A stretch of DNA of 64,000 nt from Acetobacteraceae bacterium. Lineage in GTDB: Bacteria; Pseudomonadota; Alphaproteobacteria; Acetobacterales; Acetobacteraceae. The notes below the pieces were generated by a model that was not told where the DNA came from, ran no database searches, and was given only the letters and a program-made list of their open reading frames with translations. Position 1 is the first letter of the stretch. Each line of letters begins with the position of its first letter. The translations under genes were made by a program, and so were the position numbers. Below are positions 19,121 to 28,600 of the stretch, piece after piece. The stretch spans positions 15,496-79,495 of the forward strand of contig JALHQB010000002.1 in the NCBI GenBank assembly GCA_022842185.1, written 5' to 3'.

Positions 19121-20071
19121 ATGAGCAGCCTCAACGAAGCCGACCCTGTGTGCCCGCCGCCACCGCCGGGCATCGAGACCGTCATCATCCCCCGCGCGCA
19201 CGACATTGGCGGGTTCGAGGTGCGCCGCGCCCTGCCGGCGCGCGAACGCCAGATGGTCGGGCCGTTCATCTTCTTCGACCAGATGGGGCCGGGCGAATTC
19301 CTCACCGGCAAGGGCCTGGATGTGCGCCCGCACCCGCATATCGGCCTGTCCACCGTCACCTACCTGTTCGAAGGTGAGATCTTCCACCGCGACAGCCTCG
19401 GCAGCGCCCAGCCGATCCGCCCCGGCGCGCTGAACTGGATGACGGCCGGCAGCGGCATCGTGCATTCGGAACGCACCGACCCGGCGCTGCGCGACCGGCC
19501 GCAGCGGATGTTCGGCATCCAATCCTGGGTGGCGTTGCCCAAATCCGCCGAGGACACCACACCCGCCTTCGCCCATCACGACGCCGGCGCCCTGCCGCAT
19601 GTCGAGGATGACGGCCTGTCGCTGCGGCTGATTGCGGGGGAGGGCTGGGGGTTGCGGGCACCGGTTGAGGTGTCCTCCCCGCTGTTCTACGCCGATGCGG
19701 TGCTGCTGCCGGGCGCGCGGCTGCCCTTGCCGGACCAGCATGAGGAACGCGGCGCCTATGTCGTCGAAGGGTCGGTCGAAGTCGCCGGCGCAACCTTCGA
19801 GGCCGGGCGGATGCTGGTGTTCCGCGCCGGCGACGCGCTGGCGCTGACCGCCGGGCCGAAGGGTGCCCGGGTGCTGATGCTGGGCGGCGCGGTGATGGAC
19901 GGGCCGCGCTACCTGTTCTGGAACTTCGTCGCGTCATCGCGTGAGCGGCTGGAACAGGCCAAGGCCGATTGGAAGGCCGGTGCCTTCCCCACGGTGCCGG
20001 GCGACGACAAGGAGTTCATCCCGCTGCCGGAAGCGCGGGTGGCCGTGCAGGCGGGCACCCGGCCGGCCTGA
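19121..20071 (+). CDS. Pirin family protein
   Basis: GPFIFFDQMG, HPHIGLSTVTYLFEG, HRDSLG, MTAGSGIVHSE, WNFV; AAGGA RBS before ATG 19121. Confidence 0.92.
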   Translation: MSSLNEADPVCPPPPPGIETVIIPRAHDIGGFEVRRALPARERQMVGPFIFFDQMGPGEFLTGKGLDVRPHPHIGLSTVTYLFEGEIFHRDSLGSAQPIRPGALNWMTAGSGIVHSERTDPALRDRPQRMFGIQSWVALPKSAEDTTPAFAHHDAGALPHVEDDGLSLRLIAGEGWGLRAPVEVSSPLFYADAVLLPGARLPLPDQHEERGAYVVEGSVEVAGATFEAGRMLVFRAGDALALTAGPKGARVLMLGGAVMDGPRYLFWNFVASSRERLEQAKADWKAGAFPTVPGDDKEFIPLPEARVAVQAGTRPA

Positions 20072-20098
20072 TACTGGGCCGCGGCCGCTGCGTCCGGT

Positions 20099-21049
20099 TC
20101 AGCGCCAGTTCAGCCCGAAGACAGCGGTCTGGTCGGCGCCATTCGGCACGCAGCGGCCAGTCAGATACGGTGCACGGGGCGCGTTGGCGGCCCGGACCGC
20201 GCCGATGAAGGGGCTGCAGGCGAGCCGGGCGGCCAATTGCCGCTCGGTCTCGACAAGCCCCGGCGACCCGGCGGGCCAGGCATCGCGCAGCAGGCGTTGC
20301 GCCTCGGCGGCATGGCCGGAAAAGACCAGGCAGGCGGCAAGTCGGGCGGCCTCCACGCCCGGATGGCGACCGCCGCCGCCCACAGTCCAATCGCGGGCCC
20401 GCAAGGCGGCGACCGCGGCATCCAGATCGGCATAGGTTGTGACGCGCTGTTCCGGTGCCGGATGGTCCTCGCTCGCGGCCATGTCGACGCATGCGGTACC
20501 CAGCGCCGCGGATACCGGCCGGCGCATCGCCGCGATATCGGGTTCCAGCGCCCGGCCGGTCCAGCGGAACGGCACGGTCGGGTGCAGGTCGGTGGCCAGG
20601 CTGACCGGGGCTTCCCAGAAATCAAACCCGGCATCCGCGACCTGGATCGCCGGCCCGCCAGGTGGGGCCAGCCGAATGATGTCGGGTTCCCGCTTGCCGA
20701 GGGGCAGTGAGGCGAGATGCACCAGCCCGGCAGGCCCCCGCCGGAACAAATGCAGGGTCCAGCAGCAATAGGCACCGCCGGTCCATCCGGTGATCCCGAT
20801 CGCGGTGGCGCCGTCACCGATAGGAATCGCGGCGCCATCGCGGAAGGGGGCGAAGCGTTGGGCACGCGCCTGCCACACGACCTGGCCGTTGCGGGTCAGG
20901 CGCAGGGCCTCCCCCATGCCCTGCGGCACCGCCGCGACGCGCCCGGCGCTTCCGGCATCGAGCAGGGTGCGTCTCGGCTGCGCGGCCACGTCATGCGGCG
21001 ATAAAAACCATAATATCAGGAGAATAGCGGTAAAAATTCTCATAAACAC
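20099..21049 (-). CDS. Hypothetical secreted protein with GGAYCC motif
   Basis: Signal-peptide-like N-terminus MRIFTAILLILWFLSPHDVAA; GTG start immediately after the mazG stop; no family recognised. Confidence 0.7.
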   Translation of the reverse strand: MFMRIFTAILLILWFLSPHDVAAQPRRTLLDAGSAGRVAAVPQGMGEALRLTRNGQVVWQARAQRFAPFRDGAAIPIGDGATAIGITGWTGGAYCCWTLHLFRRGPAGLVHLASLPLGKREPDIIRLAPPGGPAIQVADAGFDFWEAPVSLATDLHPTVPFRWTGRALEPDIAAMRRPVSAALGTACVDMAASEDHPAPEQRVTTYADLDAAVAALRARDWTVGGGGRHPGVEAARLAACLVFSGHAAEAQRLLRDAWPAGSPGLVETERQLAARLACSPFIGAVRAANAPRAPYLTGRCVPNGADQTAVFGLNWR

Positions 21050-21862
21050 TTAATCTCCCGCCCGCTCATGACGTTTCGCTTCGGCCCACAGCGCATCCAT
21101 TTCGGCCAAGCTTGAATCGGCCGGTGTTTTTCCTTCAAGAAGAAGGCTTTGTTCGATAAATCCGAATCGTCGCTCGAACTTCCGGTTGGCGCCGCGCAGG
21201 CAATCCTCGGGGTCGAGATCCAGCTTGCGCGCCAAATTCGCCAGGACGAACAGCAGGTCCCCGACCTCATCGCGCATGGCGGCCGGGTCCACATCATCGC
21301 CGTGGCGGTTCAACTCGGCGCGCAGCTCGGCGGCCTCCTCCTCCAGCTTGTCGAGCACCGAGGCGGCGTCGGGCCATTCGAAGCCCACCCGGGCGACACG
21401 ACGGGTCATCTTCACCGCGCGGGTCAGAGCGGGCAGGCCGGGCGGGATGCCGGCGAGCGTCCCCGTCTCGGCGCGCGCGGCGCGTTCCGACGCCTTCTGC
21501 ACCTCCCAGGCGGTAACCTGCTGGTCGGCGGTGCGAGCGTCGTCGGTGCCGAACACATGCGGATGGCGGCGGACCATCTTGGCCGCGATCGCCCCGGCGA
21601 CATCGTCGAAGGCGAACCAGCCGCGTTCCTCGGCCATGCGGGCGTGATAGACGACCTGGAACAGCAGGTCGCCGAGCTCATCCAGCAGGGTCGCGGGGCT
21701 GCCATGGGCGATGGCGTCCTCGACCTCGTAGGCTTCCTCGATGGTGTAGGGGGCGATGGTCGGGAAATCCTGCACCTGGTCCCAGGGGCAGCCGGTCTCG
21801 GGGTGCCGCAGCCGGGCCATGACCTCGATCAGATGCGCGATGGCGGTATTGGCTTCAGTCAT
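21050..21862 (-). CDS. mazG: Nucleoside triphosphate pyrophosphohydrolase MazG
   Basis: LRHPETGCPWD, EEAYEV, ELGDLLFQVVYHA, RRHPHVF, EVGDLLF, KFERRF; start 21862 (track ORF is an upstream extension). Confidence 0.93.
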   Translation of the reverse strand: MTEANTAIAHLIEVMARLRHPETGCPWDQVQDFPTIAPYTIEEAYEVEDAIAHGSPATLLDELGDLLFQVVYHARMAEERGWFAFDDVAGAIAAKMVRRHPHVFGTDDARTADQQVTAWEVQKASERAARAETGTLAGIPPGLPALTRAVKMTRRVARVGFEWPDAASVLDKLEEEAAELRAELNRHGDDVDPAAMRDEVGDLLFVLANLARKLDLDPEDCLRGANRKFERRFGFIEQSLLLEGKTPADSSLAEMDALWAEAKRHERAGD

Positions 21863-21994
21863 GGTGCGTCCGGTGCGGGGGGCTTTGCGTTTCGTCCCGC
21901 GCCCTGGCGGCGCTGGCAAGCCCCCACGCCCTGTTGCGCGGCACCGAAACCTTACCGACACTGGCCCGGCCAGCCCGAAGGAGCCCGCCAGCCC

Positions 21995-24022
21995 ATGACC
22001 AAGCACCGTGTCGTCTGCGCCCATGATTGTCCCGACATGTGCTCCCTGGTCGCCGAGGTCGAGGATGGCCGGCTGCTCCGCCTCCAGGGCGATCCGGACG
22101 ACGCGTACACCGCCGGTTTCGCTTGTGCCAAGGTGACGCGCGACATGGAGACGGTGCATTCGCCCGACCGCCTCCGCACACCGCTGCGCCGCGCCGGCCC
22201 CAAGGGGAGCGGCCAGTTCGAGCCGATCACCTGGGATGCGGCGCTGGACGAGATCACCACGCGCTGGAAGGACATCATTGCCGAAAGCGGGCCGCAGGCG
22301 ATCCTGGGCTACGCTTATTCGGCGCATCAGGGGCATATGAACCGCCGGCTGGTCTCGGGGCTGTTTCATGCGCTCGGCACCTCCCGCCTCCAGGCCGGCA
22401 CGGTCTGCGACACCTGCTGCGAGACCGCCTGGGACATAACCTGCGGGCCGGTCGGCGGCACCGACCCGGAAAGCGTGATCCATTCCGACCTGGTGATCGC
22501 CTGGGGCTGCGACCTGATGGCGGTGAACGTCCATTTCTGGGCGCTGCTGGACAAGGTGCGAAAGACCGGCGTGAAGCTGGTGGTGATCGACCCGCGCCGC
22601 AGCCAGACCGCCGCCCGCGCCGATTGGCACCTGCCCATCCGCATCGGCACCGATGCGGCGCTGGCCTGCGGCATTGCGCATATCCTGCAGCGCGACGGGC
22701 TGCTCGACCGCGCCTATGTCGAGGCGAATACCCTTGGCTTCGACCGTTGGTCGGCCGAGGTGCTGCCGCACTTCCCGCCTTCGCGCGTGGCGCAGATCAC
22801 CGGCCTGCCCATGGCCGACGTCGAACGCCTCGCCGCCATGTATGGCGCGGCCAAAGCCTCGCTGATCCGGCTGGGGGAGGGCATGACCCGACTCGCCCGC
22901 GGCGGGCAGGCGCTTCGGGCGGTCGCCACCCTGCCGGCACTGACCGGCGCCTATGGGCGGGAAGGGGGTGGTGCGCTGCTGCTCGCCGCCGGGTCGATGG
23001 ATTTCCAGTTTGGCATCGTCGGCAAGCCTTCCGGCCCGGCCTCGGCACGCATGGTCAACCACCTGGCGCTGGGCGAAGCGCTGGAGGAGATGCGCGACCC
23101 GCCGCTGCGCGCCCTGTTCATCGCCGCCAACAACCCGGCGGTGACCAACCCCGATGTGAACCGCCTACGCCGCGCGCTGGCGCGGGAGGACCTGTTCACC
23201 GTCGTCCACGACCCCTTCATGACCGACACCGCGCGCTTCGCCGATATCGTCCTGCCGGCCACGACCTATCTCGAAACCGAGGATTTTTACCGGTCCTACG
23301 GCACCTACCGCATGCAATACGCGCCGGCGGCGATCCCCCCGCAGCACGAATCGATGTCGAACTTCCACCTGGCGCAGGCGCTCGGCCAGCGGATGGGCCT
23401 GACCGACCCGGCCTTCTCGATGGCCCCGCGCGACATCGTGCCGCATTTCTTCAAGGGCGCGACGGGCATCATCGCCGCGGTCGATCCCGCCAGCGTCTTT
23501 GACGGCCCGGTGAAGGTGGCACCGCCTACGGCCCAGGAATTCCGCACGCCCTCGGGGCGGCTTGAAATCTATTCGGAAACCTTGGCCCGGCAGGGCGTCG
23601 CGCCAATGCCGGTCTGGGAGGAAGACCCGACCGAGGCCGCCGATGCCGCCCGCTGGCCGCTTCGCCTGCTGACCGCGCCGGGCTATTTCCAGGCGCACAC
23701 CGCCTATGCGGCCTCCCCGTTCCTGCGCAAGCGGGAAGGCGCGCCCTGCGCGATCCTCCATCCCGCCGAGGCCACCCGGCGCGGCCTTGCCGAAGGCGAC
23801 CAGGTGCGGCTGTTCAACGACCTCGGCGCCGTGGGGCTGGTGTTGCGGATCAGCGATGAAGTCCAGCCGGGCGTCGTCCTGGTGCCCGGCCAGCGACCCG
23901 ATGGGGAGGCGGTGTCGGGCACTGTCAATATGCTGTGCGACGATAGGCTGACCGACATGGGGGAGGGTGCCTGTTACCAATCGACCTTCCTGGATGTCGC
24001 GGCGTGGGAGCGCGCGGCATGA
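21995..24022 (+). CDS. Molybdopterin (bis-PGD) oxidoreductase of unknown substrate
   Basis: CAHDCPDMC...FACAK Fe-S motif, RLRTPLRR, ITWDAAL, VIDPRRS, DIVLPA, C-terminal molydopterin-binding domain; AAGGAG RBS. Confidence 0.88.
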   Translation: MTKHRVVCAHDCPDMCSLVAEVEDGRLLRLQGDPDDAYTAGFACAKVTRDMETVHSPDRLRTPLRRAGPKGSGQFEPITWDAALDEITTRWKDIIAESGPQAILGYAYSAHQGHMNRRLVSGLFHALGTSRLQAGTVCDTCCETAWDITCGPVGGTDPESVIHSDLVIAWGCDLMAVNVHFWALLDKVRKTGVKLVVIDPRRSQTAARADWHLPIRIGTDAALACGIAHILQRDGLLDRAYVEANTLGFDRWSAEVLPHFPPSRVAQITGLPMADVERLAAMYGAAKASLIRLGEGMTRLARGGQALRAVATLPALTGAYGREGGGALLLAAGSMDFQFGIVGKPSGPASARMVNHLALGEALEEMRDPPLRALFIAANNPAVTNPDVNRLRRALAREDLFTVVHDPFMTDTARFADIVLPATTYLETEDFYRSYGTYRMQYAPAAIPPQHESMSNFHLAQALGQRMGLTDPAFSMAPRDIVPHFFKGATGIIAAVDPASVFDGPVKVAPPTAQEFRTPSGRLEIYSETLARQGVAPMPVWEEDPTEAADAARWPLRLLTAPGYFQAHTAYAASPFLRKREGAPCAILHPAEATRRGLAEGDQVRLFNDLGAVGLVLRISDEVQPGVVLVPGQRPDGEAVSGTVNMLCDDRLTDMGEGACYQSTFLDVAAWERAA

Positions 24023-25419
24023 CCGACCTCGCCACGCTGTCCGCCGTCGAGCAGGCACAGATGATCCGCGACCGCCGGGCATCCCCGGTTGAGGTCACGC
24101 GCGCCGTGCTGGATCGGATCGCGACCTGGGAACCGCGCATCAACGCCTTCGCGACCCTGGACGCCGAATCTGCAATGAATGCCGCCCGTGCCGCCGAGAT
24201 CATGGTCATGGCCGGGGTGCCGCTCGGTCCGCTGCACGGCGTGCCGGTGACGATCAAAGACGTGCAGGCGGTCGAGGGCCTGCCGACCCGTCGTGGGTCC
24301 CGCCTGACACCGGCGACGCCGGCCACCGCCGATGCGCCGCTGGTGGCGCGGCTGCGTGGGGCAGGGGCCATCATTCTGGGCAAGACCACCGCCACCGAGA
24401 ATGGCTGGACCGCGGTCAGTTCCGGCCCGCTCACCGGGCACACCCATAACCCCTGGATGCATGGGCGCACGGCGGGTGGATCCTCCTCGGGGGCGGCGGC
24501 GCTGGCCGGGTCGGGCTGCGGGGCGCTGCATCTGGGCACCGATGGTGCCGGGTCCATTCGCCTGCCGGCGCATTTCTGCGGGGCGGTCGGGCACAAGCCG
24601 ACCTACGGTCTGGTGCCCTATGCCCCGGTGCCGAACAACAATTCGGTGTCCCATGCCGGGCCGATCACCCGTCATGTCGCCGATGCGGCGTTGATGCTGG
24701 AAATCATGTCTGGCCTGCATCCAGCTGATCATACAACATTACCGATGAAGTTTCAGGCCACCGATGTGTGGGGCCCCGACCTCAAGGGCATGCGGATCGC
24801 CTATAGCCCCGACCTTGGCCACGCCCGCGTCGATCCGGACATCGCTGAGGCCGTTCGTGAATCGCTTGCCGCCCTGCAAGCGCTCGGCGCGACGGTCGAG
24901 GAAGTGACCCCGCCTTGGGGACCCAAGGGGCCGGAGCTGGAACGGCTGGTCTGGGCGGTGGCGATGTACCCCTACATCGAAACAGACCCGGCACGGCGCG
25001 CGGAGATGGACCCCGGCCTGGTTGCCTGCCTGGACGAATTCACCGACCTGACGGTGAAGGAGGCGATCGCCACCGCTGGCCGCCGCATCGCCTATGCGAC
25101 CGAGGTCAACACCTGGTTCGCCGATGGCGGCTGGGACGCGCTGGTGACGCCCGCGGCCTCCGTTGCGGCCTTCGAGGTCGGCCGGCAGCGCCCCGCGCAT
25201 TGGCCGGACCATGTGTGGGACTGGCTGGTCTGGGCGGAATTCTCCTATCCCTTCGACCTGTCCCATGGACCGGCCGTGTCGGTGCCGTGCGGGCGCACCG
25301 GGGAGGGTTTGCCGATCGGGATGCAGATCGCCGGCGCACGCTGTGACGATGCGAAGATGCTGCGGATCGCCGACGCATTCCTGCGGGCGCGGCCGTTCCG
25401 GCCGGCCTTCGCGACGTAG
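24019..25419 (+). CDS. Amidase signature family protein
   Basis: GVPVTIKD, GGSSSG, GTDGAGSIRLPA; ATGA coupling to the Mo enzyme. Confidence 0.9.
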   Translation: MTDLATLSAVEQAQMIRDRRASPVEVTRAVLDRIATWEPRINAFATLDAESAMNAARAAEIMVMAGVPLGPLHGVPVTIKDVQAVEGLPTRRGSRLTPATPATADAPLVARLRGAGAIILGKTTATENGWTAVSSGPLTGHTHNPWMHGRTAGGSSSGAAALAGSGCGALHLGTDGAGSIRLPAHFCGAVGHKPTYGLVPYAPVPNNNSVSHAGPITRHVADAALMLEIMSGLHPADHTTLPMKFQATDVWGPDLKGMRIAYSPDLGHARVDPDIAEAVRESLAALQALGATVEEVTPPWGPKGPELERLVWAVAMYPYIETDPARRAEMDPGLVACLDEFTDLTVKEAIATAGRRIAYATEVNTWFADGGWDALVTPAASVAAFEVGRQRPAHWPDHVWDWLVWAEFSYPFDLSHGPAVSVPCGRTGEGLPIGMQIAGARCDDAKMLRIADAFLRARPFRPAFAT

Positions 25420-25547
25420 CGGGGTTGCGGGGCGCGGTCCCGGCAGGCCGCGCCGCCGAGAGATTTCGCGTGAGCCACGACGCTTGCGAGGAGGGCGGCT
25501 TTCGAGCGGCAATCACGCCCGGGGATTGTCGATCCCCCGACCAGAAA

Positions 25548-25575
25548 TTACCGCATAAGGTATATTATGGAAATA
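25548..25575 (+). other. dif: Chromosomal dif site (XerC/XerD recombination site)
   Basis: TTACCGCATAA-GGTATA-TTATGGAAATA fits the 11-6-11 dif layout (E. coli GGTGCGCATAA-TGTATA-TTATGTTAAAT); intergenic, AT-rich, where gene orientation converges. Confidence 0.88.
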
Positions 25576-25631
25576 ACAGATGCTGGGACGCGACGCTGGA
25601 AAGGCTTCCGTCGGCCTGAGGCGTCTCCGCC

Positions 25632-28600
25632 CTAAATCTCCTCCAGCGCCGAAACCCCCGGCATCACCTTCATCGCCTGCATCATCCGCGGCCCGATATT
25701 GAACCCGCCCGCCAGCGCCACCTCGACCTCCTGGCCCGGGCCCGTGCGCGGCACCAGCACCACGCGGCCGCGCCCGCGACCTTCGCGCGTCAGCAGCGCC
25801 TGGATCGGCGCAATGCCCGAGCCGTCATCCAGCCAGACCCGCACGCCTCCGCCGGCCCCGCTGGCGGCCTTCTCCAGCCCCTCGACGTCATTGGCGGTCA
25901 GGCGCAGCGCTTCGCCTTCCATCCGGGCGTCGCACGACACCACCACGGCCTGGCCTTCCACCAGCAGCTCCCGCGACCGGTTCAGCACCTCGGAAAAGCA
26001 CGTCACCTCGAACGACCCTTGGGCGTCGGACAGCCGGATCCACGCCATGCGGCTGCCGGTCTTGGTCGTGCGTTCCTTGGCGTTGACCACGGTGCCGGCC
26101 AGCTTCAGTCGCGCCGAACCGCTGCGCGCCCGTTCGGCGATCTGGGCCGACGGCGTCACCCCCAGCCGTTGCAGCGCCTTCCGATAGGTGTCCAGCGGAT
26201 GCGCCGACAAATGAAATCCGACCGCCTCGGCTTCATGGGCCAGCCGATCCAGCAGCGGCCAATCCGGCACATCCGGCAGCCGCAGAGCCTCATTTCGTTG
26301 CGAATCCGCGCCGAAAAGCCCGATCTGACCTGAACCGCGTTCCTCGGCATTGGCCTGGGCGCGGCGCAGGATGGTCTCGGCGCCGGCCATCACGCGGGCG
26401 CGGTTCTTGTCCAGGCATTCGAAGGCCCCGGCACGCGCCAGGTTCTCGATCTGCATCTTGTTCAGCAGCTTCGGATCAACCCGCGCAGCGAGTTCGCCCA
26501 GCGACGCGAAAGGCCCATCCTCGTCGCGCGCGCGCACCAGGTCGCGCATCGCGGCTTCACCGACGCGTTTCACCGCGGCCAGCGCGAAGCGGATCGCCTC
26601 CTTGCCATCCTCGGTCGTCTCCACGCGGAATTCGGCGCCGGACCGGTTGATGTCCGGCGGCAGGATCGGGATGCCCAGCCGCGCGCATTCCTGCATGTGG
26701 CCGGCCAGCTTGTCCGTGTTCGACAGGTCCAGCGTCATCGATGCCGCGAGGAACGCGACCGTATGGTTCGCCTTCAGCCAGGCCGTCTGGTACGACACCA
26801 GCGCATAGGCCGCCGCATGCGACTTGTTGAAGCCGTAATCGGCGAAGCGCTCCATCAGGTCGAAGATCTCGGCGGCCTTCTCCGGAGGTATGCCGCGGGC
26901 CTCGGCGCCGTCGCAGAAAATCTTGCGCTGGGCTTCCATCTCCGAGCGGATCTTCTTGCCCATCGCCCGGCGCAGCAGGTCAGCCGCACCCAGCGAGTAC
27001 CCGGCCAAGTCCTGCGCGATCTGCATGACCTGCTCCTGATAGACCATGATGCCATAGGTCTCGGACAGGATGTGCATGATGGCGGGATGCGGCGGCTCCC
27101 ACTTCTCCCCCGCCTTGCGCGAGCAATAGGCCGGGATATTCGCCATCGGCCCCGGCCGGTACAGCGCCACGGCGGCGACCAGATCCTCGAAGCGCGACGC
27201 ACGCATCTGCCGCAGGCAGTCGCGCATCCCCTGCCCTTCGAACTGGAACACCCCGGCGGCATCGCCCTTCGCCAGCATGGCGTAGGTCTTAGCGTCATCG
27301 ATCGGGATCGCCGCAATGTCGATATGCTTGTCCTGCGACGCCAGGATCGCGAGCGCGCGTTCGATCACCGTCAGCGTCTTCAGGCCGAGGAAGTCGAACT
27401 TCACCAGCGACGCGGCTTCGGCGTACTTCATTGAATACTGCGTCACAAGCATCGGCGATCGCGGGTCGCGATACAGCGGCACGATCTCGATCAACGGGCG
27501 GCGGCCGATCACCACGCCGGCGGCGTGGGTGGATGCGTTGCGGTACAGCCCTTCCACCTGCAGCGCGATGTCCAGCAGCCGATGCACCTGCTCGTCGCCG
27601 TTGCGCATCTCCTGCAGGCGCGGCTCACCTTCGATCGCCTGGCCCAGCGTGACGGGCTTGGCCGGGTTGAACGGGATCAGCGACGCGATCTTGTCCACCT
27701 GGCCGTAGGGCATGCCCAGCACGCGGCCCACGTCGCGCACCGCGGCCTTGGCCTGCAACTTGCCGAAGGTGATGATCTGCGCGACGCGGTCCGCGCCGTA
27801 TTCGCGCACCACGTACTGGATCACCTCGTCGCGCCGGTCCTGGCAGAAATCGATGTCGAAATCCGGCATCGATACGCGCTCGGGGTTCAGGAACCGTTCG
27901 AACAGCAGCCCGAACCGCAACGGGTCGAGATCGGTGATCAGCAGCGACCACGCCGCCACCGACCCCGCGCCGGACCCGCGCCCGGGGCCGACCGGAATGG
28001 GCGGCGTCTGCGCCTTCGCCCATTGGATGAAGTCGGCGACGATCAGGAAGTAGCCGGGGAAGCCCATCTTCTCGATGACCGACAATTCGTAGTCGAGCCG
28101 GTCGCGATAAACTTGCCGCTTCGCCTCATCCGGGGTGGGGAGCATGGCATCGAGCCGCTTCTCCAGTCCGGCCTTGGCCATGGCGCGGACCGTCTCGGCC
28201 TCGGTCATGCCGGGCTGGACCTTGGGGCAGATCGGCAGTTCGGGCTTCTTCGATTCCGCCATCACCGCGCACATGCGCGCGATCGACAGCGTGTTGTCGC
28301 AGGCCTCCGGCAGGTCGGCGAACAGCGTTCGCATCACCGGCGCGGGCTTGAACCAATGTTCGGGCGTCACACGCCGCCGGTCGCGCTCGGCCATGGTGCG
28401 GCCCTCGGCGATGCACAGCAGCGCGTCATGGGCTTCATGCATCTCGCGCTTGGCGAAATAGACGTCGTTGGCGGCGACGATAGGCAGCCGCGCGTCATTT
28501 GCCAAAGCTAGCAGGCCGGATTCGATGGCGCGTTCCTGCGGCAGGCCATGGCGATGCAGCTCGACCGCGAGGCGATCGGGAAACGCCTCCCGCAAGGCAT

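Noticed and set aside
21050-21862. MazG as part of an anti-phage system with the RIP
   Set aside because: It is the canonical two-domain housekeeping type, commonly near hflX in alphaproteobacteria, on the opposite strand and two genes away.
21863-23062. Apparent 400-aa N-terminal extension of MazG in the ORF track
   Set aside because: It is antisense to the Mo enzyme; MazG homology starts at ATG 21862.
25420-25631. Integrated element or small ORF (25425-25619) at dif
   Set aside because: No RBS or motif, no integrase, replication gene or second dif half-site; the ORF simply crosses dif.
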